This document shows, one piece after another, positions 1 through 9,262 of a stretch of 64,000 bases of DNA; positions within the stretch are counted from its first letter, which is position 1; each line of letters opens with the position of its first letter. Origin of the DNA: a virus. Below the pieces are notes generated by a model. The model had not been told where the DNA came from, did not search any database, and was given only the letters and a program-made list of their open reading frames with translations. The DNA is taken from IMG/VR virus record IMGVR_UViG_3300045988_098886. One strand, 5' to 3'. The position numbers and the translations under genes are program-made.

Positions 1-1447
1 TCAGAGAATGCATATCTTTAGAACCATTAATAAGTTCATCAAGCATAGCTTTATCATTAGCGACGGATGCCATTAGGAAAGATTCTTGTCCACTATAATC
101 CACAGATATCCATTTGTTTCCAGGCTCTGAAACGAAACAGGCTCTAGTAATTGCAGTATGCGGAAGATTTTGGAGATTCGGATTACTTGAACTTAATCGT
201 CCCGTATCCGTTCCAAGCTGATAAAAGTCAGCATGAATACGCCCACTTACTGGATTTATAAGCTTTAAAAACTTCTCTCCAAAAGCCTTTACTAATTGTC
301 CTGTCTTTTTAAACTCTATATAAGGTTCAATAATAGAACATTTAGCTTTCTGTGGTTCAATAATATCAATTCCAGCAGATTTAGTTTTCTGCTTAGTTTT
401 CTTGTCTACTGTTGTACAATTTATTCCAAGTAATTCAAATAGTGGAACGACTTGTTTACTACTGTTCCAGTTTATATTACACCTATATGCGTTATCAAAT
501 CCAGAGAATAAATCTCCTTGCAGATTCATTTCTACATAGTCGAAAGGTATTCCAAATGAATATTCTATTCCTTCATCAACAACTTTCCTCTTTACTCCAA
601 ATGCAGTGGGAGGAATCTTCATCAAATCTTTCATTTCCTTTCTAAGTGTAGTCATAATACTTGTCTTTACAAACGGACGATTTTTCAGCTGTGGGTCTGG
701 ATGAATCATTTTATGTTCTTCATAAAAATCTTCCACCCATTTATTAATACTTGCTTCGGCATCCTTCATTTGCCTAATATCATCCTTCATTTTAGCTCTC
801 CATTTGTCTACATCAATCTTTGCACCACAATATTCAATATAGGCAATAACAGGAACAAAATGATTTTCAAAGTCAACAGCTCTAAGAAGGTCTTTCTTTA
901 CCAACTCAACTGTTTGCTTCTCTTTAATCTTAGTAAGATAAACAACATCATGTGCAGCATAAACTATGACATCTTCTGTTAATCCAGTATTAACAATCTT
1001 ACCCCGAATACTCTTATCCAAGTCTAAACCTAAATAATGGTGTGCTGCAGATTGTAAAGACAGGCTATGAAATTGGGCTGGATATCCCAAATATAATAGC
1101 TTCTCAGCTATCATTCCGTCCCATACATTTACAGGGACTATTCTGTGATGATATAAAAATTTCAAATCAAATGAAAGATTCCATCCTAGTAATGTAATAT
1201 CAGGATTCTCAAACACTGGTCTAAAATAATTAACATCAATTGTTGTAGTATCTACTACTATTTGGTCCTCACCTAAGCCAAATTGAATACATAATAAAGC
1301 TTTAGTGTAAGGGTCCAATCCTTCAGTTTCACTATCATATTCAATCCATTTGTGTTTTAGGATTTGCTCTAAAGCATCTTCTTTAGACATGATTTCATAT
1401 GCATCGGACTTAAAGAATCTTTGCTGCGTAGTAACTAGATAAATCAT
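1..1447 (-). CDS. DNA polymerase, family A (Pol I-like); 5' part only, C-terminus lies beyond the window start
   Basis: My translation from ATG at 1447: MIYLVTTQQ..EYDSETEGL (3'-5' exo DxE) .. GRIHADFYQLGTDTGRLSSSNPNLQNLP (Pol A fingers motif) .. VDYSGQE (motif A, cf. DYSQIELR). The frame stays open to position 1. It is absent from the ORF track because no stop lies in the window. Confidence 0.9.
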   Translation of the reverse strand, partial: MIYLVTTQQRFFKSDAYEIMSKEDALEQILKHKWIEYDSETEGLDPYTKALLCIQFGLGEDQIVVDTTTIDVNYFRPVFENPDITLLGWNLSFDLKFLYHHRIVPVNVWDGMIAEKLLYLGYPAQFHSLSLQSAAHHYLGLDLDKSIRGKIVNTGLTEDVIVYAAHDVVYLTKIKEKQTVELVKKDLLRAVDFENHFVPVIAYIEYCGAKIDVDKWRAKMKDDIRQMKDAEASINKWVEDFYEEHKMIHPDPQLKNRPFVKTSIMTTLRKEMKDLMKIPPTAFGVKRKVVDEGIEYSFGIPFDYVEMNLQGDLFSGFDNAYRCNINWNSSKQVVPLFELLGINCTTVDKKTKQKTKSAGIDIIEPQKAKCSIIEPYIEFKKTGQLVKAFGEKFLKLINPVSGRIHADFYQLGTDTGRLSSSNPNLQNLPHTAITRACFVSEPGNKWISVDYSGQESFLMASVANDKAMLDELINGSKDMHSL

Positions 1448-1677
1448 TAATGAACTCCCACACTAATTTCATCCAAATCTATATCTCCATTTGATGCCAT
1501 AAAATCTGCAATCCGTTCTTTTAACATTCTTGCAATCTCAAATTCATCAGTATCTAAGGTTCCTTGATATTCATAATAGAAGTCTCCTGTAATCTCTACA
1601 GAAAACTTGAATACTTTTTCATTAACATTAAACGGAGCTCTTTCGTCTAGTTCTGCTCCTAATGGTAGGTTTGACAT
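1447..1677 (-). CDS. hypothetical protein (76 aa, acidic)
   Basis: ORF track. Its stop shares 1 nt with the polymerase ATG (TAATG at 1447). Confidence 0.55.
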   Translation of the reverse strand: MSNLPLGAELDERAPFNVNEKVFKFSVEITGDFYYEYQGTLDTDEFEIARMLKERIADFMASNGDIDLDEISVGVH

Positions 1678-1849
1678 TCTGTTCGTCTTTTAAAATTGTA
1701 CATATATCCTTCATCTCTTGTAATGTATAATGTAACATCTTCTCTATTTGGATACGTAGTTCGGCTGGAAGAAATTGGGTACAAAGACTAACTGCTTGTA
1801 AAAAGGTGGTTACGCTTTTCAGCTTAGCCACCAACAATTCTTGGTTCAT
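1628..1849 (-). CDS. hypothetical protein (73 aa)
   Basis: ORF track, ATG at 1849. It overlaps 1447..1677 by 50 nt in another frame, so one of the two boundaries may be wrong. Confidence 0.4.
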   Translation of the reverse strand: MNQELLVAKLKSVTTFLQAVSLCTQFLPAELRIQIEKMLHYTLQEMKDICTILKDEQNVKPTIRSRTRRKSSV

Positions 1850-2462
1850 GATAATACAATAATGTAGGATTGTCTCTATGAATGTCTAGAGCATCAATTC
1901 CATTAATTGCTAATTCTTGTTGACACTGTTCAACATCGAATTTAGATGTAATAAGGTGATAGCCATGTAGAGTGGGAACAACAAGCTTTACTTTATTATC
2001 CTCATTACCTCTACATGAATTTACAATTTTTATAATGGCGTTTAATTTCCATTTATCACAAGTATCAACATCTACTAACCTTAATAGATTTCTCCCACTT
2101 TGTGCAGGAAGTTCCCCACAGACATGGTCCCAAACCCTTGGAGCTTGGAAGGCATTTCCTTCCATAAGCATCCTTGCAAGTTTCTCTTGAGCTCCACATG
2201 CTGTCTTGAAGTAACTTCTTTTATTAAGATGAATGTATGCTCTAGCATTATTGTTTTGGCACAGTTCAATTATCTTTTGTTTCTTTTCCTCAAGATAATC
2301 AATACTGTGTATATAATAGGCTTTAATGAGTCTTGCCCCATTATTGCCTCTCCCAGTTACATTTCCATCCTTCTTTCGTTGAATTACTTGAAGAAAGTAG
2401 AAATCATCATTAGATTCAAACTTTAAGTTTTCCTCTATTAAATCAAAATTATCAATTGTCAT
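1824..2462 (-). CDS. hypothetical protein (~212 aa)
   Basis: The ORF track gives 1824..2504. I prefer the ATG at 2462 (MTIDNFDLIE..), which overlaps the upstream stop at 2452-2454. No motif recognised. Confidence 0.6.
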   Translation of the reverse strand: MTIDNFDLIEENLKFESNDDFYFLQVIQRKKDGNVTGRGNNGARLIKAYYIHSIDYLEEKKQKIIELCQNNNARAYIHLNKRSYFKTACGAQEKLARMLMEGNAFQAPRVWDHVCGELPAQSGRNLLRLVDVDTCDKWKLNAIIKIVNSCRGNEDNKVKLVVPTLHGYHLITSKFDVEQCQQELAINGIDALDIHRDNPTLLYYHEPRIVGG

Positions 2463-2742
2463 ACACTTTCTCAACTTTGCAGTTTCCATAATAATGGCTG
2501 CCATCTACTGAATAAGTTAAATTCCCTTTAGTAAATGTAGCCCAATAATCCAAATCCCAACCGTTTGTTTCATGTTCAAGCTCCTCGAATCCTAGCTGTT
2601 CCATTACCTCTAGAACTATATCAAAAGGACACTTACCAACAAAACACTCCGGTAATGTTTCCATGATAGCTAGGAAATTAGCTTTAACATCTCTAAGAGA
2701 TTGAGTTAACAATTCTCCGTGATTTATATATGTTTCAGTCAT
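2452..2742 (-). CDS. hypothetical protein (96 aa)
   Basis: ORF track, gene strand, coupled to its neighbours. Confidence 0.55.
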   Translation of the reverse strand: MTETYINHGELLTQSLRDVKANFLAIMETLPECFVGKCPFDIVLEVMEQLGFEELEHETNGWDLDYWATFTKGNLTYSVDGSHYYGNCKVEKVYDN

Positions 2743-2911
2743 TTGGAATTACATCTAAGTTTGTTAAATAAAATCTGTCATCGTTTAGGTCTTTCTGTAC
2801 GAAATACCCATTAACTTCGACATTTTCTCCATTAAGAGTATGTATCATTACTACTCTATCTTGGTCGTATTTCTGGAGAATTTCAATTAATTGTCCTACT
2901 AGTATTCCCAT
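2735..2911 (-). CDS. hypothetical protein (58 aa), below the ORF-track cut-off
   Basis: My translation: MGILVGQLIEILQKYDQDRVVMIHTLNGENVEVNGYFVQKDLNDDRFYLTNLDVIPND. Its ATG overlaps the Thg1-like stop (TAATG at 2911) and its TGA overlaps the next ATG. Confidence 0.5.
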   Translation of the reverse strand: MGILVGQLIEILQKYDQDRVVMIHTLNGENVEVNGYFVQKDLNDDRFYLTNLDVIPND

Positions 2912-3696
2912 TATAATAGTGTTTCAATATATTCCCTTCCTTCTCCTGTAAAGATTGGAATTTCATCATCAATAAACCAGTGACTTCTCAAAACTGAACC
3001 CGTGGCTTGGTAACATTTCTTTATGCAGCAACTCCCTCTTTTAAATTTGGTAGGATAATTGTTCCAATTAATTCCTTTTTCTTGAAATAATAGCTCTTGG
3101 ATTTGTTTAGAATCCAAACCTTCTAATCTTTTATGGGAGAAATTAGCCTGTCCTACAGAGGAAATACTATTCCTAATAGCGTCTTGTTGCCGCCATAAGA
3201 TACAATTAGTTACTTCCTCCTTTGGAATGTTAAAGCATCTGGCATCAAACACTGCTCCAGCTTTAGCAGAACGCTTGTACGAATTAGTTAGTTCGTCATT
3301 ATCTAATTTCCCATTATAGGAAAGCTCTACAATTTGTCTCTGGAATTGTCTATTGAAAGCAAGAGTTGCCATAGATGCAGCTACACTACATACTTTCTGG
3401 ACGTTATAATCGAACCAAGCATCAGTAGTAAGTTTCTGATAGTCAATAAGTACTAAAGTTATTTCATCAGATTGTGTATATCCTAAAACACATCCCTGAA
3501 TGTTCTCACATAAATATTTCATTGTTTGTTGCATAGCACTACACATAACTTCATCAAAGGGCTTATTAAAACCCTTTGTGAATGTATGAAATGCTTTTCC
3601 ATCCAGCCTTATAATAACTGGAGTACGCCTAGTCAAAAATGTTTTAGAACGATTCTCATAGTAAGATTTCATTCTATCTCCCAAGTTGTCTATCAT
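2911..3696 (-). CDS. Thg1-like protein (tRNA-His guanylyltransferase family; 3'-5' nucleotide addition / tRNA 5'-end repair)
   Basis: GDRMKSYYE .. PVIIRLDGKAFHTFTKGFNKPFD .. GYTQSDEITLVL matches the Thg1/TLP signature (GDRMKxYE, RLDGxxFHxF, KPxD, SDE). Confidence 0.85.
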   Translation of the reverse strand: MIDNLGDRMKSYYENRSKTFLTRRTPVIIRLDGKAFHTFTKGFNKPFDEVMCSAMQQTMKYLCENIQGCVLGYTQSDEITLVLIDYQKLTTDAWFDYNVQKVCSVAASMATLAFNRQFQRQIVELSYNGKLDNDELTNSYKRSAKAGAVFDARCFNIPKEEVTNCILWRQQDAIRNSISSVGQANFSHKRLEGLDSKQIQELLFQEKGINWNNYPTKFKRGSCCIKKCYQATGSVLRSHWFIDDEIPIFTGEGREYIETLL

Positions 3697-3697
3697 A

Positions 3698-4612
3698 CTA
3701 AAACTTTCCCTCGTTTGGTTGTAAACAGGTCAAACCTTGTTCTCTCCACATCTCTACACATTTGTAATTGTCTTCAAGAACGAATTGAACATTATATTTT
3801 CCCTTAATATTGTCCTCGTAGATTTTCTTCTTACATTCAGCTCCGGGACTGTAATCCTTAACTGGACGGAAGAATAGTTCATCAACCTTAATATCATGCT
3901 TAGCCAACCATTCTTTAGTAGCTGCTACGATTTCAGGAGTGCCTTCTCTACCAGTGACAATAAATACTTTACACTTCTCATACATACGTCTAACAAGTGT
4001 ACAAGTACCTTCAATAGCAATATCATTCAACATGCCTTCAGCCGCACCATCGCCATAGTAAGGTCTACCAGTAGTATTCAAACATAAAGTAGCATCCATA
4101 TCCACCAATATAACAGGGTGACCTCCGTCTACATGCTCGGCACTCTTACTTAACATATTTTTAATATCCTCTTGGATAATAAAATCACGGTATCTTCTCC
4201 AAGTGTCTTTAATTACCTTAGCTCCCATTGGCTGCTCACGCATTGCATCACGACGAATACATTCATCAACTGAAACAAAGAAATCCTTAAATTCCAGTTC
4301 ATATTCAAATTCTGTAATGGAATTAGCAACTTTAATGATGTCTTCCCACCACTTTACCTCTTTGGGATTAAGATTCATGTTGTCTATAACAATGTTATAT
4401 CCTTTTCTAGTTGCTTCACAAGCAAAAGAATGCTTAAGTTCAGTTACTAGCCCTTCTCTGTTCGGAACCCAATATTCTCCAAGCATGTTACGAATATCGT
4501 CATTATTGAAACGGACTCTATGTTCTGGGTCTTCTTTAGCCCATGCCTTTGCCCAGGTTGATTTACCAGAGGCTTGAATACCTCTACAAAGTATTAATTT
4601 TCGTTTTTCCAT
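3698..4612 (-). CDS. pseT: polynucleotide 5'-kinase / 3'-phosphatase (T4 PseT-like Pnkp)
   Basis: N-terminal P-loop GIQASGKST. HAD phosphatase motif VILVDMDATL (DxDxT). The C-terminus ..CVEMWREQGLTCLQPNEGKF resembles the T4 Pnk end ..[20 protein letters not shown]. Confidence 0.9.
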   Translation of the reverse strand: MEKRKLILCRGIQASGKSTWAKAWAKEDPEHRVRFNNDDIRNMLGEYWVPNREGLVTELKHSFACEATRKGYNIVIDNMNLNPKEVKWWEDIIKVANSITEFEYELEFKDFFVSVDECIRRDAMREQPMGAKVIKDTWRRYRDFIIQEDIKNMLSKSAEHVDGGHPVILVDMDATLCLNTTGRPYYGDGAAEGMLNDIAIEGTCTLVRRMYEKCKVFIVTGREGTPEIVAATKEWLAKHDIKVDELFFRPVKDYSPGAECKKKIYEDNIKGKYNVQFVLEDNYKCVEMWREQGLTCLQPNEGKF

Positions 4613-4812
4613 TACTCACGGTACACTAATTGATTAATTACTCCTTCTTTACCTTCGTATGTAGCTCCTACTATTTGTTCGAGATTTTCATCTGGATACT
4701 CATCCCCATTTTGTTCTCGAATAATCTCCATAGCCCTAAAAGCATTACGAGCAGCGACTATAATTATCCCTGCTTCGTAATTCCCATAAAATTCATTAGT
4801 ATATAAATACAT
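4612..4812 (-). CDS. hypothetical protein (66 aa)
   Basis: ORF track. It has 1-nt overlaps with both neighbours. Confidence 0.5.
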   Translation of the reverse strand: MYLYTNEFYGNYEAGIIIVAARNAFRAMEIIREQNGDEYPDENLEQIVGATYEGKEGVINQLVYRE

Positions 4813-5267
4813 TACTTTACAGCTCTATATAGTTCAATTACACTGTGCATAGTATAGTTACGGTACGCTTCTTCAACAAGCTCTTGAGCTTTAACTGTCT
4901 CTGTTCTAGACAATTCTGGAACCATAAACATTCCATCCTTGGTTTCAATAACAAAAGTAATTCCTTCTACTATTGGATTCTTCTCCGCATCGGGATATCC
5001 ATAGAACATAAAGCCACCAAATGGTATTGCACTAAATCTATACAAGTTGTCTTTAATGTTGTCAAATGGTTTATCGGTTAGTTTGTCTGGAAGAGGAGTT
5101 TCACAATCAAGTTTATATTTCTTTCTCCATCTGATTTTTACCACAGATTCATTTACGGTATATTCAAGGTAGTCATCTCCTACCATACTTGGAATTTTAG
5201 GCAGTAAAGCCCAAAATAATTTGCCAATGTTTTCGTCTACGATTTGTTTTACTTCTTTACTAGTCAT
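4812..5267 (-). CDS. hypothetical protein (151 aa)
   Basis: ORF track. It lies between the pnkp and RNA ligase genes. Confidence 0.65.
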   Translation of the reverse strand: MTSKEVKQIVDENIGKLFWALLPKIPSMVGDDYLEYTVNESVVKIRWRKKYKLDCETPLPDKLTDKPFDNIKDNLYRFSAIPFGGFMFYGYPDAEKNPIVEGITFVIETKDGMFMVPELSRTETVKAQELVEEAYRNYTMHSVIELYRAVK

Positions 5268-5279
5268 TTTATTAATTTT

Positions 5280-6653
5280 TTAAGATTCTGATTCAATATC
5301 AACTTCCCCCTTATCAAGGGCTTTACCTTCTCCATCTAAGAACTTGAAACACTTCAATTTAAATGCTTCTGATTTCATGTTCTCAATCTTGATTACAATT
5401 CCTTCATGTGGAACTTTATTATCACAAGTTGGAGAGTTACATTCCATATAGAAGTTCTTATCGTTAGCTAACTTTGACAAGAAATTCTCATTCCAGTGTT
5501 CAGATGGGTCTAAGTCAGGGTATAAATCCTTTGCATAACCATAATAATATTGCTCAACCGGAACAAGACCTACCATTTGAGCCCATAATTGTACTTCACG
5601 AGCAGAGAACTCATGTACTTTACCGCTCACATCTGTAATAGTTACACGATAAATTTGCACTTTAAAATGCTTTCCATATGTATAAGCTTCATCTCCTACA
5701 GGCGGCAGACAACCATAATCATAATTCTTTTGGATATAACCACCATTAGGTAAGAATCCAATAATTTCATAATAAGCAGTCATACCTTTAGAAAGACATG
5801 GACGAACAATGTCATCAGCATACTTCCATACATCGACTCCGTAGAATCCACCTTGAACACTTTTGTTGTAATACTGGTTCTTAATTACAGAGCGAGAAGA
5901 ATATAAATAATCATACTTATCAAATTCTTCTCCAGTTAACCAACGAGCAATCTTCTGCTTCCAGTTTAATTCCTGCTTACACAATACATAAGCAGATATT
6001 CCAGAAGTCCCATGAACTTTAGAAGTTATACTGATAAGGTCACTGGGATGTAAAACATGTGGACACTTTTTGATAAGGACGGTATCATAGTGGAATCTGA
6101 ACTGATTCTCGATGATTTTATCAAGTCCCTTAGGCTGTTTTCCTTTACCTGAATTTCCTGAGCCCGGTGCTCCTGGAGTGCGAGTATTTTTAGGGATATA
6201 CTTCTTATTAACCCAAAATGTTTTTCCGTCATGTTCAATAGAATCAAATTCTGTTCCTTCTTCTACTTTAAGTTCAACATTTACTGTTGACATTACCCAA
6301 TTTTCAAGAACTACAATAGGGATGATAAATCCTTCAGACAACTCACCACGCAATCTGATAGCCTTCACACGACCATTGTCGTCAAACATTCCAGTCTTCG
6401 TCTGGTCTACATTTAGCTCACCATGACGATACAAATTTGCATAGCTAAGGAATTTGGGATTGATACAACAAGCTGTCGGGAAATATACATACAACCCCGG
6501 TTCGGAATCAATACCAGTAATGATATTAAATCCATCAATACAGCAACATTTTAACTTCGTAACCTCTGGGTCAGAGTGTTTATGGAAGTTATCAATTTTT
6601 ACAATCTTTGCCAAATAGTTTACATTGGCATTTTTACTTTGGATTAATTTCAT
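5280..6653 (-). CDS. ATP-dependent RNA ligase (Rnl2-like motif set)
   Basis: Nucleotidyltransferase motif I SKVHGTSG (cf. Rnl2 KIHGTN), motif IV HEGIVIK, motif V FKLK. A separate DNA ligase is present at 8072..9262, and this gene sits beside pnkp. Confidence 0.75.
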   Translation of the reverse strand: MKLIQSKNANVNYLAKIVKIDNFHKHSDPEVTKLKCCCIDGFNIITGIDSEPGLYVYFPTACCINPKFLSYANLYRHGELNVDQTKTGMFDDNGRVKAIRLRGELSEGFIIPIVVLENWVMSTVNVELKVEEGTEFDSIEHDGKTFWVNKKYIPKNTRTPGAPGSGNSGKGKQPKGLDKIIENQFRFHYDTVLIKKCPHVLHPSDLISITSKVHGTSGISAYVLCKQELNWKQKIARWLTGEEFDKYDYLYSSRSVIKNQYYNKSVQGGFYGVDVWKYADDIVRPCLSKGMTAYYEIIGFLPNGGYIQKNYDYGCLPPVGDEAYTYGKHFKVQIYRVTITDVSGKVHEFSAREVQLWAQMVGLVPVEQYYYGYAKDLYPDLDPSEHWNENFLSKLANDKNFYMECNSPTCDNKVPHEGIVIKIENMKSEAFKLKCFKFLDGEGKALDKGEVDIESES

Positions 6654-6973
6654 AATTCAATTAATTGTTCTGGTGTTATAAAATGAAAATCACTGTCCTC
6701 AAATGCAAGGTGTAATTTGTAGGTTTCAAAGCTTTTAATTGCTTCAATGTAGTCTTCTACAGTACAATCCTCATCGAATATTCCTGAAGACCATACATGT
6801 ATTTCTCCATTTGCTTTAAAGAAACTGACAAACTCTAAAGTATCAGTTTTTATAGCTAAACAGGAGTAACCAACAGGCTTAAGAAATTTATCCTTAGATA
6901 TTTCTCTATAGCCCATGAATAAGGCAGCTTTCTTAAGGTTCATATATACTCCATTCTTTAGACAAGACTGCAT
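6650..6973 (-). CDS. hypothetical protein (107 aa; the start may be an internal Met)
   Basis: ORF track. Confidence 0.55.
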   Translation of the reverse strand: MQSCLKNGVYMNLKKAALFMGYREISKDKFLKPVGYSCLAIKTDTLEFVSFFKANGEIHVWSSGIFDEDCTVEDYIEAIKSFETYKLHLAFEDSDFHFITPEQLIEL

Positions 6974-7139
6974 CAGTGTAGAACTTGGTCACCACATAGT
7001 TTACATGTGAATCCTTGATTCCACATATAATTTTTCCGTCTTCCATGAAGTACATTCTAGTCTTGCCTTCTATAGTTAAACAAACTGTAAGACCACTTTC
7101 CATAAAGGAGATAGCATCTCCAAATCCAAATTTTTCCAT
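6933..7139 (-). CDS. hypothetical protein (68 aa)
   Basis: ORF track. Confidence 0.5.
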   Translation of the reverse strand: MEKFGFGDAISFMESGLTVCLTIEGKTRMYFMEDGKIICGIKDSHVNYVVTKFYTDAVLSKEWSIYEP

Positions 7140-7143
7140 ATTT

Positions 7144-7404
7144 TTATCTTTCTTTTATTAGTTCTAAAAATTCATCCCAGTTCTCTGTGCTGTCGTACAT
7201 AGCTTCAACAACATCGCTAGTAAAACGGCTCATTAACCGAAGTGTTTGTTCGAATACGTCTTTAAACATATCGTCCTGTTCATCCTTACTAAGCGTCTTG
7301 CCAGTCATTCCGACCAGCAATTCGCCTACTTTGGATGCAATGTCTATTTGTTTTTTATAACTCATAGCTTCGTGTGGCTCTATACTCACACATAAAATTT
7401 GCAA
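7144..7404 (-). CDS. hypothetical protein (86 aa)
   Basis: ORF track. Confidence 0.5.
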   Translation of the reverse strand: MQILCVSIEPHEAMSYKKQIDIASKVGELLVGMTGKTLSKDEQDDMFKDVFEQTLRLMSRFTSDVVEAMYDSTENWDEFLELIKER

Positions 7405-7657
7405 AAGATTGTGCTAAAGATTCATCTTGTTCATTGCAGTAGTAAAATTGAAAACAATGAAATAACTCATGCCAAAATGTATTTTCAATTTGACCTTCTG
7501 TTAATTTCACATCTTCTCCGTCCTCTTCCATAGTTGTAGCTACAACTATTTTCCTCTTTACATCACTATGCCAACCATAGCTTCCATCATCAGTTTTATC
7601 AACGGTATCTACTGTATAATCAGTATTGGCTACTTTAAACCTTTTAGGGATTTCCAT
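7355..7657 (-). CDS. small protein with an HExxH zinc-metallopeptidase-type motif
   Basis: FWHELFHCF contains HELFH (HExxH). Only 100 aa. Confidence 0.45.
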   Translation of the reverse strand: MEIPKRFKVANTDYTVDTVDKTDDGSYGWHSDVKRKIVVATTMEEDGEDVKLTEGQIENTFWHELFHCFQFYYCNEQDESLAQSFANFMCEYRATRSYEL

Positions 7658-7890
7658 TCTTCAAAGAAACTAGCCATATCAAGTTCTGCTTCTGATTCAT
7701 CTATTTGAACATCTCCTGTGTCGGTTTCGGAATATACTATATCATATATAGCATCCGTAAGCTCTTCTTCATTTTCACAGTGTAAAAAGTCAGCAGGGTC
7801 TAGCTCAAAACCAACACACATAGACGCTCTATAAATGTACCTATTAAAGATTATTTCATGTTTGCTCATGCTTTTAGAATTTATAGTCAA
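7630..7890 (-). CDS. hypothetical protein (86 aa, acidic)
   Basis: ORF track. Confidence 0.5.
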   Translation of the reverse strand: MTINSKSMSKHEIIFNRYIYRASMCVGFELDPADFLHCENEEELTDAIYDIVYSETDTGDVQIDESEAELDMASFFEEWKSLKGLK

Positions 7891-8071
7891 TGCAAGTTAT
7901 TTCATATCTATTACCTGCAAAATGGTATATCCCATCCTCTTTCAAAAATCTGCCAAAATTTTCATCCACAGCTTCTTGAAATGTTTTAGGGAAACTTAAG
8001 TACCAATAATTGCCAGTGGGGCTGGGGCATTTTGAACTAAGTTTATAATTGTTTGTAGAATAATTTCACTA

Positions 8072-9262
8072 TTAGTCATAATCTCTAATACATTTTAGTA
8101 CTGGCTGCAGTGGAGTTCCTTCTTCTGAATAATAGAAGAACTTAACAGTAGCCATCTTTCCGATAATATCATCGAGATTGTCTCTATATTCCTGCTTTAA
8201 TTCTCTACTTCCCATTGGCTTAGCCTTAAATTCTATCCCATCTTCAGTTACACAGGTGAAACACATATCTTCATCACGAAGACCTTCTGAAATACCAGTG
8301 ATTTCAAATTCCGCATCCTGATATTCCTTGATTTTAATCATGTCATTAGTTCGTTTACCAAAGCCATATAGCTTACTCGGATTACGAATAACAACACCTT
8401 CAAAACCTTCACCTACATACTTATCATGTAACTTTTTAATATTTGCCCAACCACTAACTTCTTCTTGAGGAACAAGTCTTATTTGTAAATCCTTAGTAAG
8501 AATAGGGGCAAATAAATCAGAAGTAATATTTAACTCTTCTGCCATTTCAAGCATTTGCTCATTTCTTTGAGTGAAATCAGCTTCTGCATCCATAATGTCA
8601 TACATCCAAAACTCTAATTCTAGAGTTCTAGGGTCGTCTTGCTCCAATCTTGCAGTACCAGAAATCCATTGAAGTGGTCTACCATGAGAATATAGTTCTC
8701 CGTCAATAGATACATCTGGATGATTCTTAAACCATTCGATTAAAGCTGGATTATTTCTTATGTGTACAGTAGCTGGGTCATAGTCTCCTCCACCTCTACT
8801 TGAAGAATGAACTTCACCATCTTTAAAATAGAAGGAACAGCGGACTCCATCAATCTTACGAGATGCTAGCCACACTTTGACCTTATCATATACACTTGTT
8901 GCAACTTTATTAAAGTCTTTAGCAAGCATATGTTTTTTACAACCATTAGCATCGGTCTTATGCTCTGGAAGAATTTCATCAAGTTGGGCTTTAGTATAAT
9001 CTTCGATTTCTCCCTCAATTAACTTATAGCCTTTATCTTGATATTTTTTCAGGTGGGAATTATATTCGAGTTCTGCCTGTTGTGTGACAGTTCTCTTTAC
9101 CTTACCTTTAGTAATAGTTATATCTGGCTGTGCTGTAACCTTACCTTGATATTGGTAAGTATTTCTTTTAATTGTAAAGCCAGAGAGTTCACTTCCTTCA
9201 CAGGAAATTTCAACTACTCTGATTTTACCCTTTGAGTCTTTAGAAATTAAAGTATTCCTCAT
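8072..9262 (-). CDS. ATP-dependent DNA ligase
   Basis: Motif I ASRKIDGVRC (KxDGxR), motif IV EGVVIR, motif V MIKIKE, followed by an OB-like C-terminal part. Confidence 0.85.
   Translation of the reverse strand: MRNTLISKDSKGKIRVVEISCEGSELSGFTIKRNTYQYQGKVTAQPDITITKGKVKRTVTQQAELEYNSHLKKYQDKGYKLIEGEIEDYTKAQLDEILPEHKTDANGCKKHMLAKDFNKVATSVYDKVKVWLASRKIDGVRCSFYFKDGEVHSSSRGGGDYDPATVHIRNNPALIEWFKNHPDVSIDGELYSHGRPLQWISGTARLEQDDPRTLELEFWMYDIMDAEADFTQRNEQMLEMAEELNITSDLFAPILTKDLQIRLVPQEEVSGWANIKKLHDKYVGEGFEGVVIRNPSKLYGFGKRTNDMIKIKEYQDAEFEITGISEGLRDEDMCFTCVTEDGIEFKAKPMGSRELKQEYRDNLDDIIGKMATVKFFYYSEEGTPLQPVLKCIRDYD

Noticed and set aside
412-982. Plus-strand ORFs 412..645 and 701..982. The same applies to the other plus-strand ORFs in the track, e.g. 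1972..2190, 2100..2426, 3526..3807, 4203..4577, 6112..6426, 22228..22623, 22633..22959, 35109..35438, 37455..37892 and 62521..62883.
   Set aside because: All of them lie antisense to longer minus-strand genes with recognisable motifs. They have low-complexity, Ser/Leu/Phe/Ile-rich compositions typical of antisense frames in AT-rich DNA.
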